In this document: piece after piece, positions 25,843 through 35,850 of the stretch | Numbering within the stretch: position 1 is the stretch's first letter | How the letters are laid out: each line of letters starts with the position of its first letter | DNA from: Candidatus Sumerlaeales bacterium | GTDB taxonomy: Bacteria; Sumerlaeota; Sumerlaeia; Sumerlaeales; Sumerlaeaceae | Assembly (NCBI GenBank): GCA_038243585.1 | Contig: JBBSQY010000017.1 | Span: forward strand, 1 to 63,368 | Direction: 5' to 3' | DNA: 63,368 nt | The notes under the pieces: model-generated | Told to the model about the DNA's origin: nothing | Seen by the model: only the letters and a program-made list of their open reading frames with translations | Databases searched by the model: none | Program-made: the position numbers and the translations under genes

Positions 25843-27405
25843 ATGCAGATTAAACTTCGCCCCGACCAAATCTACCTGTGGATTCTGTTGATTCTGTTCG
25901 CAGGCATTCATCTGATTCATGGACAGAATCACGTGGCCGATCCTGATGAATTTCAGACCCTGACCAATGCGTTCGACGCGTCACGAGGGTTAGTGCCCTA
26001 CGTGGATTTCTGGGATAATCACGGTCCATTATCGATCTGGATATTACGGCCTGTGCTGCGGGTTTGGACTGGTGGCCATGAACTTATCTACTGGCTGCGG
26101 GGCGTGGTCTGGATTAATACTTTGATAATTTCAGGGCTTGTTTTCTGGCTTGTGCGCCGACTCCTGCCAATGGTGCCCGCCGCCCCGTGGATTGCTACAG
26201 TCTTTCTTTTATCGGCACCGCCTTTCTTATCTAAAGCCATAGAGCTGCGCGGCGACAACCCGGCAAACCTCTTGGCAGCCCTGGCCCTGACAACTCTTAT
26301 CGTGGCGCGGCATACCCAAAAGAGGATTCTATTTTTCGTTGTCGGACTTTGCCTGGGATTCATGGCCGGATTTACTCTAAAAGTTGTGGTCGCGACTTCC
26401 GCCCTGGGACTGTTTTACGTGTGTTGGCACCTGCGCGATAAGCGCCTTACTCGACCAGTCGAGATTGGCTATATTGCAGCGGGTATTGCCCTGCCTGTAT
26501 TGATAATGGGATTGATACTGGCAGTCAGCGGATCACTTTCCGGTTTCTTCAGTTGCTATCTGGGAGGGAATATCACAAGAGAAAGCGCTGATATTTCGTC
26601 CAGCGAACTGATTGAAGTATATAAAAAGGCGCCCGTCTGGGCATTGCTTGCCACCGCCATCATCGCCACATCACTTACACGAGTGTTTACAGGCAGGGCC
26701 GATGGGGTGGAGACCGGGCTTACGGCCATGTGCGTGGCTTTCGTGGCCCAGTTTGTATTTCTGCTCCCCACCAAAAACATGCAAAGCCTGTTGCCGTTGT
26801 ATGTGCCGCTGGCGTTGCTCAGTGGATACGCGGTCGGGAGCTTCGCAAACTTCAGATTCAGGGGCAACAAGTTATTTGCCGCTCTGGTAATCGTTCTACC
26901 CCTTTTGCTGGTGCGTGATCTGGATGGGTACAGCAGGATCAGAAATACCGGTCTGTCTGAACAGGTCGCTTTTGCAAATCAGGCGCTCGGGCGAACCGTA
27001 AACGAGGACTACATTTTTGATCCGTCTGGAATTGTTTGGCTCAAACCAAAACCCGGTTCCTTCCACGTGCTGGTTACGTTTATCCGCCAGATGCATCAGT
27101 CAGGAACTATTGATCTTCAAATACCGGACTTGCTTGAACATTATGAGATCAGGACAGTGGTTTTCGACAGGCGCACAAAGGATTTACGAATCAGCGATAT
27201 CGACCTTTTTACCTCGAAATATACTGCGGTATTAAAGGGGCAAAATTGTTGGCTTCTCGTACGAAAAGATAAATCGAGTGAGACGGCAACAAGAATTGCT
27301 GCTAACGGGCTTAAACACTGGACCCACAGTGCATATGAAAAAGCGGAAGCACCAACAAAAGCTTTAAATCCACCCAAATGGTATACCGGGTTCCTGCAAA
27401 AGTGA
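25843..27405 (+). CDS. Polytopic membrane protein, ArnT/PMT (GT-C) glycosyltransferase-like
   Basis: DPDEF...GLVPYVDFWDNHGP and ELRGD luminal motifs; many TM segments. Confidence 0.7.
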   Translation: MQIKLRPDQIYLWILLILFAGIHLIHGQNHVADPDEFQTLTNAFDASRGLVPYVDFWDNHGPLSIWILRPVLRVWTGGHELIYWLRGVVWINTLIISGLVFWLVRRLLPMVPAAPWIATVFLLSAPPFLSKAIELRGDNPANLLAALALTTLIVARHTQKRILFFVVGLCLGFMAGFTLKVVVATSALGLFYVCWHLRDKRLTRPVEIGYIAAGIALPVLIMGLILAVSGSLSGFFSCYLGGNITRESADISSSELIEVYKKAPVWALLATAIIATSLTRVFTGRADGVETGLTAMCVAFVAQFVFLLPTKNMQSLLPLYVPLALLSGYAVGSFANFRFRGNKLFAALVIVLPLLLVRDLDGYSRIRNTGLSEQVAFANQALGRTVNEDYIFDPSGIVWLKPKPGSFHVLVTFIRQMHQSGTIDLQIPDLLEHYEIRTVVFDRRTKDLRISDIDLFTSKYTAVLKGQNCWLLVRKDKSSETATRIAANGLKHWTHSAYEKAEAPTKALNPPKWYTGFLQK

Positions 27406-27457
27406 ATGTTGATATCGAAAAGCGACCCCGTCTGGATCCTTTACGCGCAAAACATCA

Positions 27458-27494
27458 AAAAAAATGGACGGGTGTTTTAACTCCCGCCCATTTA
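27458..27494 (-). terminator. Intrinsic terminator downstream of asd (possibly bidirectional)
   Basis: AAAAAAAATGGACGGGTGTT...AACTCCCGCCCATTT imperfect stem with an A-run. Confidence 0.6.
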
Positions 27495-27546
27495 TAAGAA
27501 AGCTTTTCTGTGTGTTTAGATTGTTAACCTGTCGTTGAAGCTTATA

Positions 27547-28578
27547 TTAAGCAGCTGTGGCCGCTTTCAATAATCCGCGCCGCATCATTTCTTCCGCAAT
27601 TTGCACCGCATTCAAAGCCGCGCCCTTGCGAAGATTATCACTAACGACCCACATTTCTATGGCGTTGGGGTTTGAAATATCCTGCCTGATCCGGCCAACA
27701 AATGTTTCGTCGCGCCCCTCCGCATACACTGGCGTCGGATAATGACATCCAGCAACATCATCAACGATGACAATTCCGGGTGCCTGGCGCAATAACTCGC
27801 GCACTTCGTCGGGCCCGATTGGGTTAACCATCTCGACGTTAATGGCTTCGCTGTGTCCACGTAACACAGGTACCCGGACTGTCGTTGCGGTGATAGCGAT
27901 GGATGGATCACCCAGAATCTTCCGGGTTTCATTAACCATTTTCATTTCTTCTTTTGTATAGCCGTTCGGTTCGAAAACGTCGATATGGGGAAGAACGTTA
28001 AACGCAATCTGGTGCGGGTACACCTTAGCCACGGCTTTTTTGCCGTCAAGTATATCGCGGGTCTGTTGCAGACATTCGTCGATTGCCTTCTGCCCAGTAC
28101 CGCTGACTGACTGGTAGGTGGAGATAACCAGGCGTTTAATTCCTGCCTTACGATGGATCGGCGCTAAAGCCACAATCATCTGTGCGGTTGAGCAGTTTGG
28201 GTTGGCGATGATGCCGTTATGGCCGTCAAGTGCATCGGCGTTCACCTCAGGTACCACCAGAGGCACCGTAGAATCCATGCGAAAGGCACTAGTGTTGTCG
28301 ACGACGATCGCTCCGGCGGCCACGGCGATGGGAGCGAATTCCTGGCTGACCGATCCGCCTGCGGATGACAGGACCAGATCAACGCCTGAAAAACTGTCGG
28401 CGTTAACCGCTTCTACCGTATGGAGGCGACCCCGATAGAGCATTTTATTGCCGGCGCTGCGCGCGCTGGATAACAGCTTCAGCGTCGCAACGGGAAAGTT
28501 CCGAGTCTCCAGTGTCTTGAGCATTTCCTGCCCCACCGCTCCCGTTGCACCCAATATTGCCACACTTAAACCAGCCAC
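27547..28578 (-). CDS. asd: Aspartate-semialdehyde dehydrogenase
   Basis: GATGAVG, VDNTSAFRM, ANPNCST, STYQSVSGTG and DNLRKGAALNAVQIAE motifs; GTG 28578 after AGGAG. Confidence 0.97.
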   Translation of the reverse strand: MAGLSVAILGATGAVGQEMLKTLETRNFPVATLKLLSSARSAGNKMLYRGRLHTVEAVNADSFSGVDLVLSSAGGSVSQEFAPIAVAAGAIVVDNTSAFRMDSTVPLVVPEVNADALDGHNGIIANPNCSTAQMIVALAPIHRKAGIKRLVISTYQSVSGTGQKAIDECLQQTRDILDGKKAVAKVYPHQIAFNVLPHIDVFEPNGYTKEEMKMVNETRKILGDPSIAITATTVRVPVLRGHSEAINVEMVNPIGPDEVRELLRQAPGIVIVDDVAGCHYPTPVYAEGRDETFVGRIRQDISNPNAIEMWVVSDNLRKGAALNAVQIAEEMMRRGLLKAATAA

Positions 28579-28841
28579 GAAACGTCTCCTGAAAATAATA
28601 GTTACTTGTGCTGCCGTACAGACTGGGGGTTCGGATAATTCCGAAAGCAACATATCCCGCCCCTGCGCTTGGCTGGATGTATTTGGGTAATTCTGTTTAC
28701 GCTCAGATAGGTCTCGAGAACTTTTTTGTGGTATTGAGACCGATACACGGTAAGCTCGTCATGGTTTAATATCTGACGGGTTCATTAGTCCACAGACACA
28801 GCCAAGTCAGGAATGCCCTCGACCGCTGCCGGTATACCCAG

Positions 28842-30122
28842 GTGATACCGCCGCTAAACAGGGAGTACTTAACTTTGCATCAGTTTAATTTAGACAACGG
28901 CCTTCCGGTCCTTGTAAAGCCCGTTAAAAACAAAGTTGTCACCCTGGATATGTGGGTAAATACTGGCTCGGCTAATGAATCCGCGAGCCGAAACGGCATT
29001 TCCCATTTTCTGGAGCATATGCTTTTTAAGGGAACTCCCAAGTACGGGCCGGGCGATCTGGATAAGGTTGTCATGTCGGTAGGCGGAGTTTGGAACGCTG
29101 GCACTTCTAAAGATTTCACGCATTATTACGTTACTGTCGCCAGCCCGTATTTTGATACTGCGCTGGATTGTCTTGCCGAGATGATTCAGAATTCGCTGAT
29201 CGACGCCAAAGAATTTGACCAGGAAAAATTGGTGATTCTGGAAGAGTACCGTCGAAAACAGGACAGCCCGTTCGGTCTTCTGTATGATGAGCTTTACGAA
29301 GCGGCTTTTACTTCCGGCCCATATCGCCAGAGTGTGCTCGGCTCGTTTGAATCAATTTCAGCTCTCGACCGCGACGATATGTATAACTATTACCGCAATT
29401 ACTATACTGCTGACAATATGGTTTTTGTCGTAGTGGGCGATGTGGATCCGGCCGAATGCGAGGCTTCAATACGGCGCGCGTTCGCGCATGTACCGCCGAC
29501 TAGTAAGCCGGCAGCTGACGCGCCGCGGGAGACAGCCCTCGGTGCCCCGGGCCTTCATCGTGTTCAGCGCGATGTAAATGAGATTTATCTTGGCTCGGCA
29601 TTTCCCGCGCCATCACTTTCTGAGCAAAATGAAGTAATAGCCATGGACCTGGCGCTGACTCTGTTGGGAGACGGCAGAAGCAGCCGTTTGAATCGCATCC
29701 TGAAAGAGGAGCGACGGCTCGTCAACACTGTCTCCGCAGGTTTTGCCACCCATAGATATCCCGGCTTCGCATATCTGGCCGCCACGCTTTCGGACACGAA
29801 TCCCGAGGATGTGGTCACCGAAGCGTCTGCATTGTTTCGCGGTCTCAGTTCCAACCTTCCGTCGGAGGCTGAAATGGCAAAAGCTAAGCGCGTTATTCGA
29901 AATGGGTTGCTGTTCGGCATGGAAACTAACACCGGGCAGAGCAGCACCATCGGCTATTATTACACCCTGACCGGCGATACGACCTTTCTGGACACGTACC
30001 TGGCCCGCCTGGATGCGATTACACCAGCGGACATTGCTCATATTGCAGATGTTTACTTTACCCGAGATCCTATCACAATCATTGTAGAACCACAGCAGTC
30101 CGAAACGAAAGGCGCCGCCTGA
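28842..30122 (+). CDS. M16-family Zn peptidase, catalytic subunit
   Basis: GISHFLEHMLFKGT (HxxEH), NAGTSKDFTHY. The start may be TTG 28875. Confidence 0.93.
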   Translation: MIPPLNREYLTLHQFNLDNGLPVLVKPVKNKVVTLDMWVNTGSANESASRNGISHFLEHMLFKGTPKYGPGDLDKVVMSVGGVWNAGTSKDFTHYYVTVASPYFDTALDCLAEMIQNSLIDAKEFDQEKLVILEEYRRKQDSPFGLLYDELYEAAFTSGPYRQSVLGSFESISALDRDDMYNYYRNYYTADNMVFVVVGDVDPAECEASIRRAFAHVPPTSKPAADAPRETALGAPGLHRVQRDVNEIYLGSAFPAPSLSEQNEVIAMDLALTLLGDGRSSRLNRILKEERRLVNTVSAGFATHRYPGFAYLAATLSDTNPEDVVTEASALFRGLSSNLPSEAEMAKAKRVIRNGLLFGMETNTGQSSTIGYYYTLTGDTTFLDTYLARLDAITPADIAHIADVYFTRDPITIIVEPQQSETKGAA

Positions 30123-31366
30123 TGAGTATCGCTCCAACAGTTGATCCCGGATGGGAAACTCTCGCCGACGGGGTGGACATATTATTGCGCCCCGACAGCA
30201 GCAACGATATTGTTGCTCTTATAGTCTTTAGTCCTGTGGGCTGTGCGGTTGAATCTGAAAGCGATGCCGGGATTGTTTCCTTTACGGGTCGGATGCTTAT
30301 GCGCGGCACCAGACGCCTTTCAAACGCTGAGCTGGCCGAGACTGTGGATAGCATGGGTATTTCCCTGGCGTGCGACACGAGCGAGGATTATTCGCATGTC
30401 CATGTGGTCACTACCAGCGATACCCTGGCCGAAAGCATTGCCATATTATCTGAAATTTTCTTTGAACCATCGTTTGAGCCGGAAGAACTGGAAAAGGAAC
30501 GTCAGACCACGCTGGCAGCGATTCGCCGCAGCGACGATGATCTTTTATCATCTACTTTGCGCCACTTCTATCAGGAGTTATACCCCAAGCATGGCTATGG
30601 CACTCCTGGTGTCGGGCTTAAAGAATCCATAGGTGAATTGACGCGGGAACAAGTTATTAACTCTCACGAGGAACTGACATCGGGACCTTTTCGCATTGTT
30701 GCTGTTGGTAATTTTGCTGCGGATGCGCTACGTGATCTTATCACTACCCATTTCGTTTCGAAGATGCATGGAATAGCGGCCGAACGTCTTATCATACCGC
30801 CTCCCCTGCCGGCGGCGGCTCATACGATTAGTTTAACGAGAGACAGCGAACAGGCTTATCTTGTAGCGGGCTTTCCCGCCCTGGCTCCGCTCGACCCGGA
30901 ATATGCAGCAGCTCGGGTCCTGAATTGCGCTTTAGGAGAAGGCATGAGCAGCAGGCTATTCCAGGCGCTGCGTGAAGACAAGGGGCTGGCTTATGCCACC
31001 GGCAGTAGCTATGGTGCATTAAAACTGGCAGGGCAGCTTTTCGGTTATATCGGTACGAAGCCGGAGTCGCTTGATACAGCTCGCGAAGGTATGCTTGCGG
31101 AGTTTGAACGAATCAAAATGGAGTTGATTCCGGAAGATGAACTGCTTCGGACCAAAAATTATATGGTCGGCAGATTTCTGATAGACCATCAGAAAAATTT
31201 TAAAAGAGCCTTCTACTATGGACACTTTGATCAGATGGGACTTGGATGGCAAATGGACGCTCTCTACCCCGGAATCATAGCAAGCGTAACCGCTGAACAT
31301 GTTCAGGCTGTGGCAAAGCGCATACTTACAGATCCAGTGATTGTGGAACTCAGGCCACCAGCGTAA
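30122..31366 (+). CDS. M16-family peptidase, non-catalytic partner subunit
   Basis: Lacks HxxEH (RMLMRGT); has SSRLFQALREDKGLAY; its start overlaps the upstream stop. Confidence 0.9.
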   Translation: MSIAPTVDPGWETLADGVDILLRPDSSNDIVALIVFSPVGCAVESESDAGIVSFTGRMLMRGTRRLSNAELAETVDSMGISLACDTSEDYSHVHVVTTSDTLAESIAILSEIFFEPSFEPEELEKERQTTLAAIRRSDDDLLSSTLRHFYQELYPKHGYGTPGVGLKESIGELTREQVINSHEELTSGPFRIVAVGNFAADALRDLITTHFVSKMHGIAAERLIIPPPLPAAAHTISLTRDSEQAYLVAGFPALAPLDPEYAAARVLNCALGEGMSSRLFQALREDKGLAYATGSSYGALKLAGQLFGYIGTKPESLDTAREGMLAEFERIKMELIPEDELLRTKNYMVGRFLIDHQKNFKRAFYYGHFDQMGLGWQMDALYPGIIASVTAEHVQAVAKRILTDPVIVELRPPA

Positions 31367-31429
31367 AGCTGGTACCTGGGTTTCCTGTGGTCATGGTTAA
31401 ATTGGTGTGATTGACACTTTTTATCAGAA

Positions 31430-32827
31430 CTAATTAAGGAGGCGCGCTACTTCAGCTTTGAAATCCCGGCCTCGCTCTTCGAAATTTTCGTACATATCAA
31501 AGCTTTTGCAGGCTGGGGAGAAAACGACTACTGAGCCTGTAACCGCTGCTCTGTCCGCCATGGTCACAGCTTCCGCCATGGTTGCCGCCCGCTGGGTGGG
31601 CTTCAGCTCACCCCACGCGGCCTCAAGCAGCGGAGCCGCCTCTCCGATGGTGATGATGTGAGCCACGTGTTTTTCTATGTGATGGGCTATGGACGCGTAG
31701 TCACTATGGGCGTCGCGCCCGCCGGTGATTAGAACGATTGGCTGATCGAACGCCAGCACGGCTTTTTCCATGGCATCCAGATTGGTGGCTTTGCTGTCAT
31801 TATAAAATCGTACGCCGTCCGGACGGGTTCCACATAACTCTATGCGATGTTCCACGCCGGGAAATGACTGGAGCCCAGCGGCTATTTGATCCGGCGCCGC
31901 TCCAACGGCCAACGCCGCCAAAACAACGCATAACGCATTTTCCAGGTTATGCGCTCCGGGAAGAGGCAAATCATTTACTGCTATTACCTCAATCGACGTG
32001 TCCGACGTTTTCGTCTTTATGCGTCCATTATCTATCCAGGCGGACAGGCCGGGGGCCGCGTCCTCCTGCCCATTTTTAAAGCCCCATTTTTCAGCTTTGC
32101 ATTGGTTAGCGACTGACTCGCTTTCAGCATTTCCTTTGTTCCAGATAAAGATGCTATCGGGGCCCATATTGCGTAGAACGTTTGCCTTCGCCGCAACATA
32201 CAGCTCCAGGCGATCTTCGTAACGATCCATGTGGTCGGGCGTTACGTTTGTCAAAATGGCAACATCCGGCTTGAAATCTTCAAGATTTTCGAGCTGAAAG
32301 CTGCTAACCTCCACAACAAACACGCAATTTTCCGCGGCTTCGGAACATCCATGATCGACCAGGGAGCTCCAGGCATCGCCTATGTTTCCAGCCTGTACCG
32401 CTTTGAAATCGCACGCGTTGAGAACATGAGTCAACCATGCGGTTGTGGTTGTTTTTCCGTTTGTGCCTGTTATGGCGATAACCCTGGCGCCCGCAGGAAC
32501 GAATGCGGAAGCCAGTTCAATCTCTGATATGATCCTCATGCCGGCCTGACTGGCGGCAACAACCAGCGAGTTGCCGGGCGGAATGCCGGGACTTTTGACC
32601 ATGACATGACGTCCGGCAATGGCCGCACGGGCGTTGTCGTCGCCCCAGGCGGAAGGAATTCCCTCCTGGTGCAATTGGTTGCGCGTTTCGGTAGCCTGGT
32701 CGGCATTTTTACTGTCGGCGACAACCACATCCGCGCCGTGCTTTTTTAATAGCAGTGCGGCGGCAACACCGCTTCGGGCGGCACCTAGCACTACGAACCT
32801 GAGAGAATCAACTTCCTCTTTTTTCAC
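31430..32827 (-). CDS. murD: UDP-N-acetylmuramoyl-L-alanine--D-glutamate ligase
   Basis: GAARSG, ITGTNGKTTTT, EVSSFQL, PDHMDRY, NDSKATN and SPACKSFD motifs. Confidence 0.97.
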   Translation of the reverse strand: MKKEEVDSLRFVVLGAARSGVAAALLLKKHGADVVVADSKNADQATETRNQLHQEGIPSAWGDDNARAAIAGRHVMVKSPGIPPGNSLVVAASQAGMRIISEIELASAFVPAGARVIAITGTNGKTTTTAWLTHVLNACDFKAVQAGNIGDAWSSLVDHGCSEAAENCVFVVEVSSFQLENLEDFKPDVAILTNVTPDHMDRYEDRLELYVAAKANVLRNMGPDSIFIWNKGNAESESVANQCKAEKWGFKNGQEDAAPGLSAWIDNGRIKTKTSDTSIEVIAVNDLPLPGAHNLENALCVVLAALAVGAAPDQIAAGLQSFPGVEHRIELCGTRPDGVRFYNDSKATNLDAMEKAVLAFDQPIVLITGGRDAHSDYASIAHHIEKHVAHIITIGEAAPLLEAAWGELKPTQRAATMAEAVTMADRAAVTGSVVVFSPACKSFDMYENFEERGRDFKAEVARLLN

Positions 32828-32832
32828 AGGAG

Positions 32833-33915
32833 TTATTTTTCCAGTTTGTCGAAGTCTCTATAAACACCAGGTTGTTGCTGCATCGGGGCCACGGGCTGAG
32901 GTGCTACCGCTTGTGGAACCGTACCAGGTGGGCAAGGCGGATTGCAGGGTTGACCTCCGAAGGCTCCCAAAGGTCCCGTCCAGTTAATGCTTCCACCACG
33001 CATTTGTCCATCATGAGGGGCCTGAGCCGGCAATACCGGGGTTTCCTTCATGAACACGTCCATCTGTTTGGTTTCATTTCCTTTGATGTAAACGTGTACT
33101 TCGTAGGGAATGTAGCCTTCTTTTTCGAGCAGGACCTTGTGGTATCCAATATCAAGACGATCGATAACCTGGGGCGACCGGCCACGGTAATCAGAATCAA
33201 CATAGATGCGCGCGTTGCTGGGATATGTGTCTACATCCAGATTTCCGCGTCGTGCAACTTTATATACAGGCGGCTCGTTGCTCTGGTTTCCCATCACATA
33301 AAAACTGGCGTCATTGGATGCCCACAGATTTTCTTTTAGCGCGGGGCGAATGGGTTGTTTAGTCATTGCGCTGGGTTCGCGACGGAAACTTTCAATTTCC
33401 CGCACGAGGGCAACTGCTCCCTCACGAGAGGCCGGGTAGGGATCGCTCAGGGTGTACATATGATAATCTTCGAGGAAGGGAAATTTTTCCATTGTGGCAA
33501 CGATGGAGATGTTTTCTCGCCCCTGTGGGCCGAGCACTTCCAGGTCATAGCCACGGTCGGGAATGTAGTAAGCCTTGCCCGCACGGACGAAGTTATCTGT
33601 ATCGTAGTAATTCGGGAAAATCTGTCGGGTTATTCCGCCAGGATCGGTTGTGAAAATATAGACGTAAGAATCGCGATTAACGCCGAAAGAAACTTTGATG
33701 TTTTCGTAGACGTGATAGCGAGCTTTATCCGTTTTCACGCTTACGCGTAGCGGCCCACCAGTTGGCGGAGGGACGATTCGAACATGATCTTCAATGGGAG
33801 CGGGTTCTCGCTCGCCATTTTCCGCGCGGTACTTCCCGACGCCTTCGGTGCCTACAGCACAGGCTATGGAACTCCCTACGATTAATAAGGCCCCAAATAA
33901 TCCTCGGCTTAACAT
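32833..33915 (-). CDS. Exported DUF4384 + PEGA domain protein
   Basis: VKTDKARYHVYE...DSYVYIF...QIFPN (DUF4384-like); LDVDTYPSNARIYVDSDYRGRSP...LEKEGY (PEGA). ATG 33915 preferred. Confidence 0.85.
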   Translation of the reverse strand: MLSRGLFGALLIVGSSIACAVGTEGVGKYRAENGEREPAPIEDHVRIVPPPTGGPLRVSVKTDKARYHVYENIKVSFGVNRDSYVYIFTTDPGGITRQIFPNYYDTDNFVRAGKAYYIPDRGYDLEVLGPQGRENISIVATMEKFPFLEDYHMYTLSDPYPASREGAVALVREIESFRREPSAMTKQPIRPALKENLWASNDASFYVMGNQSNEPPVYKVARRGNLDVDTYPSNARIYVDSDYRGRSPQVIDRLDIGYHKVLLEKEGYIPYEVHVYIKGNETKQMDVFMKETPVLPAQAPHDGQMRGGSINWTGPLGAFGGQPCNPPCPPGTVPQAVAPQPVAPMQQQPGVYRDFDKLEK

Positions 33916-34465
33916 ATTCCGTTTCTGTCTCCTGTTACCTGCGTGAGCACGGCAGTGCAATTTGAAGCCGCCGGTGTGTTAATTTAATACCCTGCGGCCC
34001 GTCAAGGTTGAGAACAAACATTCGCGTTGCGGTCATTACAAGGAAAAACCACTTTGAAAAGCAGAACGGGACGCAGCGCGGAATTATAAGAACGCTTTTC
34101 GCGCGGCCCTCTGGCCGAGTTGCGGTAGAAGACTCTGCGAGGCAACCATTACCTGCCTAAAATGATGTTTTAGGTTAATCGGCGGATTCCTATATGGGAT
34201 GGGGCTAAGCGAGCGATTTGCTGTTTTTGAGGTTTTTGTGCCGCTCATGCTTGTGGGTGCTGGTTGCGCGTGGGTTTTTACACGATTTTTCCTAATTTTA
34301 TTTTTTGCTGTCTAAAAGTTCATGATCAGGCGTTCCGGGGGCGGGTTGATTGTAAGTGTTTTTCGTTGCTGGATGGTTGCATTTAGGGGTAACAATAGGT
34401 GGTGATATCGGGAGGGGAATTCCCGTATGGGTACTTAAATGAGATTTTGTAAGGGATTGGCGAGC

Positions 34466-34491
34466 GGACGGCTCGGCGAGCCGTCCCTACC
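34466..34491. repeat. GTAG-type REP-like hairpin
   Basis: GGACGGCTC-GGC-GAGCCGTCC-CTAC directly after the kinase stop; a degenerate copy is at 55863-55883. Confidence 0.75.
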
Positions 34492-34500
34492 TGAAATAGG

Positions 34501-35622
34501 TCAGACTCTCGCGGGTGCAGGTTTGGAATCTGTCACGCCTGATGGGATGCTGGCTTCAAAAATCGATCCACCATCGGCATTCGGTTTTACGAGAATTCGG
34601 CCCCCGTGGGCCTGAACGATATGACGCGCGAGGTAGAGTCCGACTCCGGTGCCGCCGGTGGATCGAGTCATCGTGTCTTCAACCTGGTAAAACCGGTCAA
34701 AAACCCTCTCGCGGGCAAAGGCAGGAATTCCGCATCCTGTATCGCTGATCGTCACTTCCACACTCGCGTCTGTGCCACATTCCGTTGTTATAGTTATCTG
34801 GCCGCCATGAGGTGTAAATTTCACTGCGTTATCCAGTAGATAATAGATGAACTGTACGAAACGTTCAGGATCTACGCTGCCTGTGCAATCAGAGGATAGA
34901 TAATTGAGCTTAAGAAATTTCCCTTTTGCCGCCTCCTCGCAGCGCGTTACCGCCTGCTCCACAAGCGGGCGAATGGGCACCAGGGTTCGAGACACGACAA
35001 ACGTTTCATTGTCTATTGTAACCATCTCAAGAAGGTTATTTACCAAACGAATAAGCCGTTCGCTGTTGCCTTGGATAATGCCCACCAGAGCCTTGCCCTG
35101 ATCCGCGCCGGCAAGAGCACCGTCGCCAAGGAGATGGACAGCCCCGCGTATGGAAGTAAGCGGGGTACGAAGCTCATGGCTGATCATTGCAAGAAAGTTG
35201 ATTTTCAGTTGATCAATTTTTTTAAGCTCGACCACTTCCTGGCGGTCTGTTGCATCGACAAGGACGAGACAAAACTGCTCCGGCTGTCCCCCTTTTCCAT
35301 TAACCGGCGCAAGATGAACATCCAGCAACCTTGGGGCACCTTCCGGAGGTGTAAATTCGATTTCTCTGCGCGCATCAGAAGCGTAAATTAATACTTCCCG
35401 CTGCATAGCGGCAACGACTTCCCGCAGGCCAGCTGGCAAGGCCTGCCACATTGGCTGACCGTCGACTCGCTGATCTCCCGGCAAGCCAAGAACTGTGGCC
35501 ACCAGCGTATTCGACAGACAAATAGTCCCCTGTCGGTTAATCACCAGCATAGCGTTTGGCAAGGCATCTGCCAACGCTAAAAGATCGGGCATAGGCCCAT
35601 CATGATTATCAGTGTCGCTCAT
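34501..35622 (-). CDS. Cytoplasmic PAS-domain sensor histidine kinase
   Basis: SHELRTPL H-box; LLDNAVKFT, DTGCGI, FDRFYQV and GTGVGL boxes. Confidence 0.93.
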   Translation of the reverse strand: MSDTDNHDGPMPDLLALADALPNAMLVINRQGTICLSNTLVATVLGLPGDQRVDGQPMWQALPAGLREVVAAMQREVLIYASDARREIEFTPPEGAPRLLDVHLAPVNGKGGQPEQFCLVLVDATDRQEVVELKKIDQLKINFLAMISHELRTPLTSIRGAVHLLGDGALAGADQGKALVGIIQGNSERLIRLVNNLLEMVTIDNETFVVSRTLVPIRPLVEQAVTRCEEAAKGKFLKLNYLSSDCTGSVDPERFVQFIYYLLDNAVKFTPHGGQITITTECGTDASVEVTISDTGCGIPAFARERVFDRFYQVEDTMTRSTGGTGVGLYLARHIVQAHGGRILVKPNADGGSIFEASIPSGVTDSKPAPARV

Positions 35623-35850
35623 CGTTCACATATTACCTACAGGAATAGCCGCACATATTCTTATAATCAGAAGGAAGTCTTTGCGAGACTTTCGGTGCCG
35701 GTGTCAAGCATGAAGCAGTGGGTATTGCGAACGATGAGGTTAGAGGCCCGAAGTCGAACGGGACAGCACTTTTTAAAGTAGCCTCTCATACTCATACATG
35801 GGCTGGGCTGCGGCTGATTTCTCTCAATTACCAGTCGTACTTTGCACCCT

